Shown here: positions 8,749 to 18,843 of the stretch, piece by piece
How the letters are laid out: the number at the start of each line of letters is the position of its first letter
How positions within the stretch are numbered: the stretch's first letter is position 1
Source: Oceanispirochaeta sp.
GTDB lineage: Bacteria > Spirochaetota > Spirochaetia > DSM-2461
DNA length: 64,000 bases
Reading direction: 5' to 3'
Assembly: GCA_963666275.2 (NCBI GenBank)
Contig: CAXXOA010000002.1
Location: 1,344,001 to 1,408,000 of the forward strand
Notes under the pieces: model-generated
What the model was told of the DNA's origin: nothing
Seen by the model: the letters and a program-made list of their open reading frames with translations, nothing else
Databases searched by the model: none
Program-made: the position numbers and the translations under genes

Positions 8749-9747
8749 ATGAAAAAAGAGAAATTTTTAGTCTGTGTATTATTTGGAGTATTTGCAACGT
8801 TGGCGTTCGCATCGGGAACACAGGATATTGAATCAAAGGAAAAAGTTCCTACACTCATCATTGCCAGTTCAAATGCACCCGATTCTTTAATGGCAAAAAT
8901 GGGAGAAAGATTACAAGCAAATATAAACAATAGCGGAGTCCTAAGAGCTAAATATTTAACTGGACAATCATTGGGAGATATGCAACAGGTCATGGAACAA
9001 CATATGCAGGGTACTGTTGATATTGCTTTTGATCGTCCCCTCTGGTTTGCTCCATTTGTTTCTGATTTTCAAGTTCTCTCTTGGGGGTTTACGTTTAGAG
9101 ATAGAGGTCATTTAGAGCAATTTTACTCAAGCAGTATTTATGAGGGTATGAAAGAAAAAGTTCAAGAAAAGTTAGGAATCACTATTCTCTACTCTGCTCC
9201 AGATCAAGCGAGAGTAACATTTTCTAGAAAACCTATTGAAAATGCAGATGATGTAATAGGAATTAAAATGAGAGTGCCTCGAATTGAAACCTTTATTGAA
9301 CTTTGGGAGACTCTGGGGGCAAAACCTACTCAAGTGGCTTGGTCTGAAGCTTTTACATCTTTGAAAACAGGTGTTGTCGATGCTGCAGAATCCGACATAG
9401 CTGGTGCATGGTCTCAACGGTTCCATCAAGCGGGTAAATATATAGCACTTACAAATCATGTAATGATGGGGATATTTGTTTCTATTAATAGTGAAAAATT
9501 ATCTTCTCTTAATGATATTCAAAAATCTGCTTTGCAGGATGCTGTTATTGAAGCAGTACAGTGGGCAAGCTCTACTTCATCAAATAGTGTTAATGAAACA
9601 CTTGAGAAGATGGAAGCTGATGGGGCGATCATAAATGAGATTGATGTCTCACCATTTCAGGAAAAAAGTAGACAAGGTGTGCAAGATATGGAAGCAAGAG
9701 GTGTTTGGCCTAAGGGTCTTTGGCAGCAGATTCAAGATATATATTGA
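8749..9747 (+). CDS. dctP: TRAP transporter substrate-binding protein
   Basis: Signal peptide; 'GIKMRVP', 'LGAKPTQVAWSEAFTSLKTGVVDAAE'. Confidence 0.92.
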   Translation: MKKEKFLVCVLFGVFATLAFASGTQDIESKEKVPTLIIASSNAPDSLMAKMGERLQANINNSGVLRAKYLTGQSLGDMQQVMEQHMQGTVDIAFDRPLWFAPFVSDFQVLSWGFTFRDRGHLEQFYSSSIYEGMKEKVQEKLGITILYSAPDQARVTFSRKPIENADDVIGIKMRVPRIETFIELWETLGAKPTQVAWSEAFTSLKTGVVDAAESDIAGAWSQRFHQAGKYIALTNHVMMGIFVSINSEKLSSLNDIQKSALQDAVIEAVQWASSTSSNSVNETLEKMEADGAIINEIDVSPFQEKSRQGVQDMEARGVWPKGLWQQIQDIY

Positions 9748-9787
9748 ACTGTCTCCAAATGAATAAAAAAAGAGATGGAGGTTCAAT

Positions 9788-10354
9788 ATGAATTGGTTTC
9801 TCGAAAAATATAAAGCAATATTGAGAACTATTGGCATAATAGAAATAGGTATCATCACCATAATGCTTGTATCTATTTTAATATTAATAATTGTTCAAAT
9901 TATTATGCGCTCAGTCTTTAATGAGCCTAATGCTTGGGCTGAAGAAGCTTCGGTATATTTATTTATCTGGATTACTATGATTGGCGCTAGTGCTGCATTA
10001 AAGATGATGCGACATATTACAATAAGAACCTTTGTCTCTTCTCTTAATAAAAAACTAGGTTTCTTTATTAGGATTACAATTTTCTCAATGATCATGATTG
10101 CACTGGTGATCATCATTATAAATATCCCAAGAATTATTAAAGTTGAGATGATTTCTAATACTGTATGTTTACCAATTGAAATCCCAAGAGCTTTTTTCTT
10201 CTCTATACCATTATTAATCTCTATGGTCTCTATGACTATAGTATTTTTGTATTATCTTCTTTCAACAATATATGAATTTATATCAGATAAGCCAGTTACT
10301 TCAATTATTCAATCAAACTTTCTTGATGATGAGACTGAAGAGGAGAAAATATGA
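9788..10354 (+). CDS. dctQ: TRAP small permease
   Basis: Four TM helices, 'WAEEASVYLFIW..GAS..HI'. Confidence 0.9.
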   Translation: MNWFLEKYKAILRTIGIIEIGIITIMLVSILILIIVQIIMRSVFNEPNAWAEEASVYLFIWITMIGASAALKMMRHITIRTFVSSLNKKLGFFIRITIFSMIMIALVIIIINIPRIIKVEMISNTVCLPIEIPRAFFFSIPLLISMVSMTIVFLYYLLSTIYEFISDKPVTSIIQSNFLDDETEEEKI

Positions 10355-11646
10355 GCTTAATATGGTTGTTGATTTTACTTATAATAATGTTTTCATTAAT
10401 TCTTTTAGAAATGCCTGTCGCTTTTTCATTAATAATTACTTCATTAATATTTTTGTTGGTTCAAGGGGTGAATACATTGCCATTAGTACTTGGAAGAATG
10501 GTGACAGGGTTAGAAAGTTTTGTGTTACTTGCAGTTCCTTTATTCATTCTTGCAGGGCACCTTCTAAATTCAAGTGGTATTACTAAGAGAATTTTTCATT
10601 TTTCAGAATGTCTCGTAGGTCATGTAAAAGGTGGATTAGGTCATGTGAATATTATGGCAAGTTTAATTTTTTCAGGAATGTCCGGGGTGGCACAAGCTGA
10701 TGCAGCTGGTCTTGGTATGATCGAAATCCGTGCGATGAAAGATGCTGGTTATCCTGTCCCTTTTAGTGCCGCTATAACTGCCGCATCTTCAATTATTGGT
10801 CCGATAATACCACCAAGTGTCATAATGGTATTATATGCGGTTATGTCTGGAGCATCTTTACCATCCTTATTCTTAGCAGGGATAATACCAGGACTATTAA
10901 TGTCACTAACTTTAATGTTAACTGTATGGGTAATGGTTCATTTTAAAATTGTTAATGTACCACCATCTCCTAAAGCAAGTATAAGAAAAACAATATTTGC
11001 TTTTTTACATGCAGTACCACCTTTAGCTGCTCCCACCTTATTACTGATAGGCTTGTTTACAGGTATAGCTACGCCAACAGAATTAGGAGCAATGATATGC
11101 TTATACGCAATAATCCTAGGAATTGTCTATAAAGAACTAACTCTGAAGCAATTGGTGAAAGCGTTAGCGAATACTGCAATAACATGTGGGATCTTAATGT
11201 TTATAGTAGTCGCTGCAGCACCTTATGGAGGTATGTTATCTATAACAGGATTTCCGGAAAAACTGTCAGAACTGATTCTTTTATTGAATTGTGACACATG
11301 GGTTATTTTAATATTCATAAATATCCTTTTCTTAATTTTAGGTTGTTTTCTTGAAACAACACCTGTGATGATTATTACAATACCTGTTCTAAAGCCAATA
11401 TTGGATGGATTGGGTGTAAGTCCAATTCATTTTGGAATAATAATGGTGATTAATTTATTGCTAGGAACATTAACACCTCCTTTTGGAGTTTTGCTTTTTG
11501 TTATGATGGATGTTGCTAAAGTAAAATTCTCCCAAATGGTAAGAGCTATAGCACCATTTTATATTCCATTACTTATTTTCCTACTAATAATCACTTTTGT
11601 ACCTGCTTTATCTCTTTTTTTACCAGAATTAATTTTTAATACTTAA
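10351..11646 (+). CDS. dctM: TRAP large permease
   Basis: 'LLAVPLFILAG', 'SGMSGVAQADAA', 'GPIIPPS', 'TPPFG'. Confidence 0.95.
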   Translation: MSLIWLLILLIIMFSLILLEMPVAFSLIITSLIFLLVQGVNTLPLVLGRMVTGLESFVLLAVPLFILAGHLLNSSGITKRIFHFSECLVGHVKGGLGHVNIMASLIFSGMSGVAQADAAGLGMIEIRAMKDAGYPVPFSAAITAASSIIGPIIPPSVIMVLYAVMSGASLPSLFLAGIIPGLLMSLTLMLTVWVMVHFKIVNVPPSPKASIRKTIFAFLHAVPPLAAPTLLLIGLFTGIATPTELGAMICLYAIILGIVYKELTLKQLVKALANTAITCGILMFIVVAAAPYGGMLSITGFPEKLSELILLLNCDTWVILIFINILFLILGCFLETTPVMIITIPVLKPILDGLGVSPIHFGIIMVINLLLGTLTPPFGVLLFVMMDVAKVKFSQMVRAIAPFYIPLLIFLLIITFVPALSLFLPELIFNT

Positions 11647-11669
11647 TTATTTTATTGGAGGTTGAAATT

Positions 11670-12980
11670 ATGCAAACTATTACTGAAAAAGAAAAAAAAA
11701 TCCCTGTGAAATTTGATGTTGATGTTCTTGTTGTTGGAGGAGGTCCCGCAGGATTTAGCTCATCTATTGCTTCTGCACGGTGTGGAGCTAAAACAGTCTT
11801 GATTGAATCATCTGGTATGATAGGAGGTGAATCAACTGCAGGTTTGATGAGTCATTGGACCGGAGATGTAAAAGGTCCAATTTTCGATGAGTTAATTGAA
11901 CGGACAAAAGAAACAGATGAAGACTATAATTTTTACAAAGATAAGATTCTAAAAGGAAAATATTTAATAAATACAGAGAAATTGAGATTAGAAATGCTTG
12001 AAATGCTTCATGAAGCAGGTGTTGAATGGCATCTTTTTACATTTTTTTCAGATGCAATAGTAGAAGATAATAAGTTAAAAGGAATAATTGTTGAAACAAA
12101 ATCTGGACGTTATGCAATTATAGCGAAAGTAATAATAGATGCAACTGGAGATGGTGATGTGTCATATAGAGCCGGAGCTGATTATTGGATTGGACGTGAG
12201 TCTGATGGAGCAATGCAACCAATGTCAATTATGTTTAAGATTGGTGGAGTTGATTATTCAAAAGCAATTTTCCCTGGAGAGTTTATTGATCATTTTGAAA
12301 TTAATGGGAAGAGTATACAAAATATAGGAAGAGAAGTTCTTCCATCACCTTCTGGACATGTCCTTTTATATCCAAATCCTCTTCCAGGAGTTGTTACTGT
12401 CAATATGACCAATTCTATAAACAAAAATGGACTCTCTCCAAAGGAAATAACTGATGCTGATTTAGAATGTCGACGTCAGATTCCTCATATATTAAATTTT
12501 CTTAAAAAGTATGCTCCAGGTTATGAAAATTCATTTCTATTAACATCTGCTGCTCGTATTGGTGTTCGAGAAACCCGGCATATTAAAGGATTATATATTT
12601 TTAATGAGAATGACATCCTTGAAGGGAAAAAATTTGATGATTGGATTGCCACTAAAAATTGGTTTTTCTTTGACATGCATAATATTTCTGGTCCTGGTTT
12701 AGATGAAGCTGGAAAAGTGTATCAAAAAGAGACAAATTATTTTTCTATGCCCTACAGAAGCTTCGTCCCTGAAAAAATTGATGGTTTACTAATGGCAGGA
12801 CGATGCATATCAGGAACACATGTTGCTCATTCTGCTTACAGAATAATGCCGATTTGTGTTAACATGGGGCAAGGTGTAGGAACAGCTGCCGCATATTGTG
12901 CTAAGAATGATGTTAATCCTCGTGATGCGGATGTAACAATTATCCAAAAAATGCTAATAAAACAAGGCGTAGAGCTTTAA
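11670..12980 (+). CDS. FAD-dependent oxidoreductase (FAD_oxidored/PF12831-like)
   Basis: 'VVGGGPAG', 'IDATGDGD', 'GVRETRHI', 'AGRCISG..AHSAYRIMP..GQGVGTAA'; ATG at 11670 after GGAGG. Confidence 0.88.
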   Translation: MQTITEKEKKIPVKFDVDVLVVGGGPAGFSSSIASARCGAKTVLIESSGMIGGESTAGLMSHWTGDVKGPIFDELIERTKETDEDYNFYKDKILKGKYLINTEKLRLEMLEMLHEAGVEWHLFTFFSDAIVEDNKLKGIIVETKSGRYAIIAKVIIDATGDGDVSYRAGADYWIGRESDGAMQPMSIMFKIGGVDYSKAIFPGEFIDHFEINGKSIQNIGREVLPSPSGHVLLYPNPLPGVVTVNMTNSINKNGLSPKEITDADLECRRQIPHILNFLKKYAPGYENSFLLTSAARIGVRETRHIKGLYIFNENDILEGKKFDDWIATKNWFFFDMHNISGPGLDEAGKVYQKETNYFSMPYRSFVPEKIDGLLMAGRCISGTHVAHSAYRIMPICVNMGQGVGTAAAYCAKNDVNPRDADVTIIQKMLIKQGVEL

Positions 12981-13006
12981 TCCTAAGAAAGTTTAGTGGA
13001 ATAAGT

Positions 13007-14032
13007 ATGGCAACAATTAGAGATGTAGCAAAATTAGCAGGAGTGTCTATTGGCACTGTAGATCGAATTCTTCATGAACGTGGGCGTTACTCAAAGGAAG
13101 CTTCAAAAAAAGTGTGGACTGCTGTCAAAGAATTAGATTATAAACCTAATATAACAGCAAGAAATCTCTCAATGTCAAAAAGTTTTAATATGGGCGTACT
13201 TATTCCATTTGAACATCAAGGAAGTGGATATTGGGGGTCCCCATTACGAGGAATGCTACAGGCTGTTAAGGAATTGGATGCCTATCGTGCCAATCTTTCT
13301 ATTTTCAATTTTGATCGATTTAATGCTAAAGACTTTGTAAAGGCAGCATATGAGATGTTGAATAAACCACTTGATGGTTATTTAATAGCACCAGTTTATA
13401 CCGAACAATCGCTTCAAATCATGAGTTTGATTACACCTCAGAAGCCTGTAGTTTTTTTCAATTCCGATTTATCTGGTTGCACTCGTTTATGCTATATTGG
13501 GCAAAATTCTTTCTTGAGTGGTCAAATAGCTGCGAGATTAATGCGATTATTACTAAAAAAATCTAATTATAAAACTTTACTCATTAGATCTAATGAAGCG
13601 AATATACACTTAGAGAATAGAACAAAAGGATATATAGATAATTTAGGTATTTTTACAAAAGTGGTTTTATATGACGAACAAGAATATTATAACAAAGAAA
13701 AATATTATAGGATGTTGGATGAGCATTTAAACAATGAAATCAAAGGAATCTTTGTAACTGATGCTTCGGTTTTTCGTGTAGCTGACTATTTATATGATAA
13801 AGGTTTGAAAAGTAAGATTAGTTTAATTGGATGTGATTTAACTTATGAAAACCGAATTAGAATTAGCAATGATCAAATTGATTTTTTATTAACACAAAGA
13901 CCTGTGGAAATGGGGTATGAAGCTGTTAATATTCTTTATAGAAAAATTATCTTAGAAGAAAAAATATTCATTGATAAAATTATGCCTATTGATATTTTAA
14001 CCCAAGAAAATCAAGAATATTTTAATTTTTAA
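13007..14032 (+). CDS. LacI-family transcriptional regulator
   Basis: 'TIRDVAKLAGVSIGTVDRILHERG' HTH plus a periplasmic-binding-like domain. Confidence 0.93.
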   Translation: MATIRDVAKLAGVSIGTVDRILHERGRYSKEASKKVWTAVKELDYKPNITARNLSMSKSFNMGVLIPFEHQGSGYWGSPLRGMLQAVKELDAYRANLSIFNFDRFNAKDFVKAAYEMLNKPLDGYLIAPVYTEQSLQIMSLITPQKPVVFFNSDLSGCTRLCYIGQNSFLSGQIAARLMRLLLKKSNYKTLLIRSNEANIHLENRTKGYIDNLGIFTKVVLYDEQEYYNKEKYYRMLDEHLNNEIKGIFVTDASVFRVADYLYDKGLKSKISLIGCDLTYENRIRISNDQIDFLLTQRPVEMGYEAVNILYRKIILEEKIFIDKIMPIDILTQENQEYFNF

Positions 14033-14195
14033 ATTATTGATAACACGAGCCTGTAATTTTTTCAATTTAAAAATTCATTTCTCGTTCTGAAATCATACCA
14101 TCATATTCCAGGTCGCTCTAAGTGAAATAGAAAAATAGTAAAAAATAATGAGCCATGGAAGGATATTGATAATATCTATGTAACTGGATGAAAAT

Positions 14196-15380
14196 CTATC
14201 CCATTTCTTCCATAACAGTTCTAATTTTACTAAGCCTTTCAGCAGTTGCATGGTCATAATGCTGATTCATCTCTGTTGTAGAATGCCCAATGACCTTCAT
14301 TGTTACAGACTGGTCGAAGTGATCATTAAAGTAAGAGTTTGCGAAATGTCTGAGAGAATGGAATGTTAGGCTTCTCCCTTTCCGCTGTTCCTCGGTGATC
14401 TCGATGTTTACCAGAGCTCTTTGAAAAAACTTACCGATTGCTTTATGGTCTACAGGCTGCTCTCCATCACTAAAAGAAAATATATGTCCAAAGGGGTTTA
14501 CTACCTGGCATTGCTTCAGATAATTGGCAATATCGGGAGTTATTGGAACTATCCTTGTGTCTTTGGTTTTTGTCGATACTAATCCATATTTTCTATCCCA
14601 GGAATGGCAGATCTTCAGTTCTAGTTTTTCAAGATCAATATATTCATTTCGTAATGCCTGAATTTCGCCTATCCTGAGTCCACAAGAGGCTCCAAGGTAG
14701 GTGATGGTGAAATATAGCAATTGATTATCCCAAATATCTTCCAGAGCGTTTTTGTCCTTAAAAAGTTTGCGGTATTCAGACATTGTCAGGATCTGACGTT
14801 CTCTTTTCTGTTCTGCCATCCTTTTTACATTTAGGCAGGGATTGACTGTAAGATCTCCCAGCCGAGTTGCTTCACCCAGAATTATCTGCAGTGTGGTGTA
14901 ATAAACATTAATGGAACGGCCGGACAAGCCGTTCCGCTGCATTTTGAACATCCATTTTTCGATATGGGCTGGAGTGATTTCTGACAGTTTTAGATTTTTG
15001 AAAGAGGGGAGTAAGTTCTTCTCTAGTATTCGTCGGTTGTTATCGGCATTGCTTCGGGAGAGGATTCGTCCTCGTTTTTCTTCTGCAGAGATGAAGGGAC
15101 ATTTGCCCCAGATAAACCAGTTCTGTGTATATATTGAGAAAAGATCTTTTGTTTGGGTATTCAGTCGATCTTTTTCTTTGGTGAACTTTAAATGCTTTGC
15201 TGCTCTCATTGCTTGTCGTTCTGACTTGGCAAGATTTTCAGTATCAACATCCATACCGACAGAGAATCGATTTGATCTGTGGAAATGCACTCCGTCATCG
15301 GTATAGTAGTAGTAAAAATACCAGACTTTCTTCCCTCTGATAGGCTTCTTTAGCAGTACGATTTCTTTGCCTCGATGCAT
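14196..15380 (-). CDS. Tyrosine recombinase/integrase
   Basis: Catalytic residues intact: 'GLRIGE', K in 'TKTK', 'HSLRH', 'GH', 'HY'; N-terminal beta-rich arm-binding segment; adjacent to a tRNA. Confidence 0.95.
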   Translation of the reverse strand: MHRGKEIVLLKKPIRGKKVWYFYYYYTDDGVHFHRSNRFSVGMDVDTENLAKSERQAMRAAKHLKFTKEKDRLNTQTKDLFSIYTQNWFIWGKCPFISAEEKRGRILSRSNADNNRRILEKNLLPSFKNLKLSEITPAHIEKWMFKMQRNGLSGRSINVYYTTLQIILGEATRLGDLTVNPCLNVKRMAEQKRERQILTMSEYRKLFKDKNALEDIWDNQLLYFTITYLGASCGLRIGEIQALRNEYIDLEKLELKICHSWDRKYGLVSTKTKDTRIVPITPDIANYLKQCQVVNPFGHIFSFSDGEQPVDHKAIGKFFQRALVNIEITEEQRKGRSLTFHSLRHFANSYFNDHFDQSVTMKVIGHSTTEMNQHYDHATAERLSKIRTVMEEMG

Positions 15381-15428
15381 AAAAACACTCCTTCATAATG
15401 TTAATCCAAGTAAGCAAAAAGATCAAAG

Positions 15429-15512
15429 TGTGTCTACATCTGTGTCTACAGTTTTCGTAGGGCAAATAAAAAAGCCTTACAGATAAACTAAAGTGTCTAC
15501 CTGTAAGGCTTT
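15429..15512. repeat. Putative integrase arm-type sites and hairpin at the attachment site
   Basis: TGTGTCTACA at 15429-15438 and 15441-15450, AGTGTCTACC at 15492-15501; inverted repeat AAAGCCTTACAG/CTGTAAGGCTTT spans 15471-15512 and is a likely tRNA terminator on the minus strand. Confidence 0.6.
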
Positions 15513-15518
15513 ATGTAG

Positions 15519-15592
15519 TCGGGCTGGCCGGATTTGAACCGGCGACCCCATGTCCCCCAGACATGTACGCTAAACCCCTGCGCTACAGCCCG
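15519..15592 (-). tRNA. tRNA-Pro (anticodon GGG), CCA not encoded
   Basis: Reverse complement CGGGCTGTAGCGCAG..CATGT-CTGGGGG-ACATG..GCCGGTTCAAATCCGGC-CAGCCCGA folds as a cloverleaf. Confidence 0.97.
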
Positions 15593-15652
15593 TTATTAAA
15601 CGCTCGGAAAAAATAGCATAGGGGCTGAAAATTGTCAATCGATCGGGCAAAT

Positions 15653-17401
15653 TTATTTCTGATCTTCTGATTCCCTGAAGAAAGCGCTGCTGTTTATGAT
15701 CTCATCGTGATGGTTGATAAAGACATCAAGCAGTTCCGGATCAAAAATCTGTCCCTTCTGGCTGATCATATAGGCCAGGGTATCTTCCAGGCTCATGGCT
15801 TTTCTGTAGGGGCGGTCGCATGTGAGGGCGTCATAAATATCCGCCAGAGTAAAAATGCGGGCATAAAGAGGTATCTTCTCTCTTTCCAGGCCTTCGGGAT
15901 ACCCTGTGCCGTCCCATCTCTCATGGTGGTTGAAAATAATCGGAATCGCCGGCTCCAGAAAAGGAATATTCTTGACAGAGTCCCGACCTATTTCGGGGTG
16001 TTTTTTCATGATCTCCCATTCAATTTCACTTAACCCTGAAGTTTTATGAAGGATTCTGTCGGGAATTCCCAGTTTCCCGATATCATGAAGATAGGCTCCC
16101 CGCTGCAGATGCAGCTTGTCATGGTCTGTCAGATTCAGAAGATCGGCTATTTTAAGGGTAATTGCCGCCACGCGGTGACTGTGCCCCTCTGTCTCCACAT
16201 CTCTCAGTTCCAGGATCCGTGCCCAGGCCATAAGGATCTCATCATAGGAATCTTCCAGAATGGTTTTGCTTTTCTGCAGATGTTTTATTAGCTGCTGGTT
16301 GGTTATGGCTCCGGAAAGCTGAAAAAGACTGAGCTGAAGATATTCCAGTTCGATTGAATCCGGTTCTCTTGAAAGGATCAGCTCCAGGAAGCCTTTCTGG
16401 TCGGTTGTATAGAAATGACTGCCGAAATAGATTTCTTCCTCCCGGATATTTTTCATTACTTCAGTTTTATCATCGGTAAAATCCACTTCCTGTTTCTGGA
16501 GCATCAGAAAAGGACCGTTGAAAGAGGGCAGTCTGAAAGGGACTCCTGTCAGATCTTCCGGTTTTGATGTCAGGTAGGAGGAGAAAACGGCGTTCCTGTC
16601 CACCAGGGATATCGCAATGGCATTGATGGGGAGTTCTTCATGAATATTGACCTGCATCTGATTCAGTCTCTCTTTCAGTTCCAGTCTGGTGTCTGAAAGA
16701 TAGTTCCCCATCTGTCTGAGAGATTTGAGCAGCCGGATCTGTTTGGCACTCTCTTCTCTTATTTTTCTCAGGGCGGCATTATTGAGTTTTTCCTTACGGT
16801 AGCGCCTTTCCATACCATCCAGGATCAGACCGATCATCTGGGTAATGAGAACATTCACAAAGAGAATGTTAATGACTATGATCCACCAGATTTCCCTGTA
16901 TTCGGCAATGGGGAAACTCTCCAGTCTGCCTTCCAGGTATAAGATACTGATCACCGACAGGATAATTGTATTGAAGGCAATATGCATAATGCCTTTTTCC
17001 CTGTTGGTATTGATAGCCAGATACACATAGGACACGGCCAGAAAGAGGAGTCCCGCTCCGTAGGGGCCTGTTGTAATGAGCAGGAGGATTCCCACGGTAT
17101 AAATGATTTTGCCCAGAACGATCATTCTCACCCTGTAACTGATCGGTCTGAGCAGGCCTATGCTCACAAGGAAAATGTAGAAAAGGACCAGCGAGATCCC
17201 CAGAGGGGTTTTTCCCTCTCTGTAGAACTGCATGGCTCCTGTTATGGTTGCAATCAGACCGGGAACCATGATGGTCAGTATCATGGAGATGAAAATAGTC
17301 TGCTGCCAGTACAGAAGTGTATCCCAGCGCCCGGTATCCTCCGGGCGTATCATGATTTTTCGTGAGCGGGATAAAATAGAGTAAATCAGCTTTTTCTTCA
17401 T
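15653..17401 (-). CDS. Membrane-anchored HD-GYP cyclic dinucleotide phosphodiesterase
   Basis: N-terminal TM helices; 'HSHRV', 'LHDIGK', 'HHERWDGTGYP', 'DIYDALTCDRPY'. Confidence 0.92.
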   Translation of the reverse strand: MKKKLIYSILSRSRKIMIRPEDTGRWDTLLYWQQTIFISMILTIMVPGLIATITGAMQFYREGKTPLGISLVLFYIFLVSIGLLRPISYRVRMIVLGKIIYTVGILLLITTGPYGAGLLFLAVSYVYLAINTNREKGIMHIAFNTIILSVISILYLEGRLESFPIAEYREIWWIIVINILFVNVLITQMIGLILDGMERRYRKEKLNNAALRKIREESAKQIRLLKSLRQMGNYLSDTRLELKERLNQMQVNIHEELPINAIAISLVDRNAVFSSYLTSKPEDLTGVPFRLPSFNGPFLMLQKQEVDFTDDKTEVMKNIREEEIYFGSHFYTTDQKGFLELILSREPDSIELEYLQLSLFQLSGAITNQQLIKHLQKSKTILEDSYDEILMAWARILELRDVETEGHSHRVAAITLKIADLLNLTDHDKLHLQRGAYLHDIGKLGIPDRILHKTSGLSEIEWEIMKKHPEIGRDSVKNIPFLEPAIPIIFNHHERWDGTGYPEGLEREKIPLYARIFTLADIYDALTCDRPYRKAMSLEDTLAYMISQKGQIFDPELLDVFINHHDEIINSSAFFRESEDQK

Positions 17402-17473
17402 GGGTTAATACTTTACCATCCGTTTTCTAAAGCATAGGACCCCGTATCAGCTAATTCAAGTCAGATTGGTAAA

Positions 17474-18700
17474 TTATCTCCCGGACTTTTTACGAAGAAT
17501 ATAGCCCTCTTTTACAGCCACTCCCGGTTTAATAAAGCAGGGCTTTCCATGGTCGATTTTGGACAATTCATTCCCTTCGGGATCGTAAAGAGTAAAGTCA
17601 CTGTCGGCTATGTAGAGAAGATCCGGGCCGATATACTCCAGTTCCTCTCCGGAAAATATCTGGTTTTTCACATCCAGTTCGTAGAGTCCGTTTTCTGAGA
17701 ATTTTCCTATGGAACCCAGGAACTTGTACTGGGCCGCTTCGGGTTTCTCTGCAGACTCTTCTATTTCCTCCCGGCCATAGTAGAACCCGGTGGAAAACTT
17801 CCGGTGACTCACTTTGGAAATCTCTTCCTTGAATCCTTCCAGATCGGGCACATCAATCCCCTGAAGAGAGTCGATCATCTTTCTGTAGGCTCTGGTGACA
17901 ACGGCGGTGTAGTAGATGGATTTCATACGGCCCTCAATTTTCAGAGAGTCCACACCCGCATTTTTAAGATCCTGAATGTGATCAATCATACAGATATCCT
18001 TGCTGGACAGGATAGAGGTAAAACCCTCTCCTTCGTAGATCGGATAGTATTCGCCCGGTCTCTGTTCCTCTTCCAGAACCATCTCGGTGTTGGCGGGGCC
18101 TTCCAGTGGGCGGAAATCCCAGCGGCAGGAATGGGCACAGCTGCCGTCATTGGCGCTGCGGTCAATCATCCACCGGCTTAAGAAGCAGCGGCCCGAGTAG
18201 GCCAGGCACATGGCGCCGTGCACAAAGGTTTCCAGCTGGACATCGGGTACGGCCAGGCGGATCTCCTCAATTTCTCTCAGAGAGCACTCTCTACCCAGAA
18301 TGATCCGGGAGAAACCCAGGTCCCTGTAGAATTTGACCGATTCCGCATTCAGGGAGTTCGCCTGTGTGCTCAGGTGAAGATCTCTTCCGGGAAAGTGTTT
18401 CTGGAGGGTTCTTACAATACCCATATCACTGATGATAAAAGCGTCAAAAGGGTAGGCCTGGAAGGACTCCAGGGACTGTTCAAGACGTTTGATATCATTG
18501 TTGTGAAAATATATATTCAGGGCGCAAAAGAGTTTTTTATCGCCTTTGATCGCTGCTATTTCGGCGGCTTCGTCCCGTCCGAAATTGTCTGCCTTTGCTC
18601 TGAGGGAGAAACTGTGCAGGCCGATATAGGCGGCATCTGCTCCGTAACTGTAGGCATATTTGAGTTTTTCCACATTTCCTGCGGGTGCTAATAATTCCAT
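17474..18700 (-). CDS. U32-family protein (TrhP-like tRNA hydroxylation)
   Basis: 'ELLAPAG', 'FVHGAMCLAYSGRC', 'CAHSCRW', 'KIEGRMKS'. Confidence 0.9.
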   Translation of the reverse strand: MELLAPAGNVEKLKYAYSYGADAAYIGLHSFSLRAKADNFGRDEAAEIAAIKGDKKLFCALNIYFHNNDIKRLEQSLESFQAYPFDAFIISDMGIVRTLQKHFPGRDLHLSTQANSLNAESVKFYRDLGFSRIILGRECSLREIEEIRLAVPDVQLETFVHGAMCLAYSGRCFLSRWMIDRSANDGSCAHSCRWDFRPLEGPANTEMVLEEEQRPGEYYPIYEGEGFTSILSSKDICMIDHIQDLKNAGVDSLKIEGRMKSIYYTAVVTRAYRKMIDSLQGIDVPDLEGFKEEISKVSHRKFSTGFYYGREEIEESAEKPEAAQYKFLGSIGKFSENGLYELDVKNQIFSGEELEYIGPDLLYIADSDFTLYDPEGNELSKIDHGKPCFIKPGVAVKEGYILRKKSGR

Positions 18701-18843
18701 GATTCCCCATTATGAATAAAAGGCGCCTCAGGTCAACACTTGCCGGGGGAGTTTGGAGGAATTTCCTCCCCGGGGAGAGGTCCGGGAGGTTCCGGATGTT
18801 GCAATCAATGTGAGGAATTGTATACTGAGACAGGAGAGGTCCT

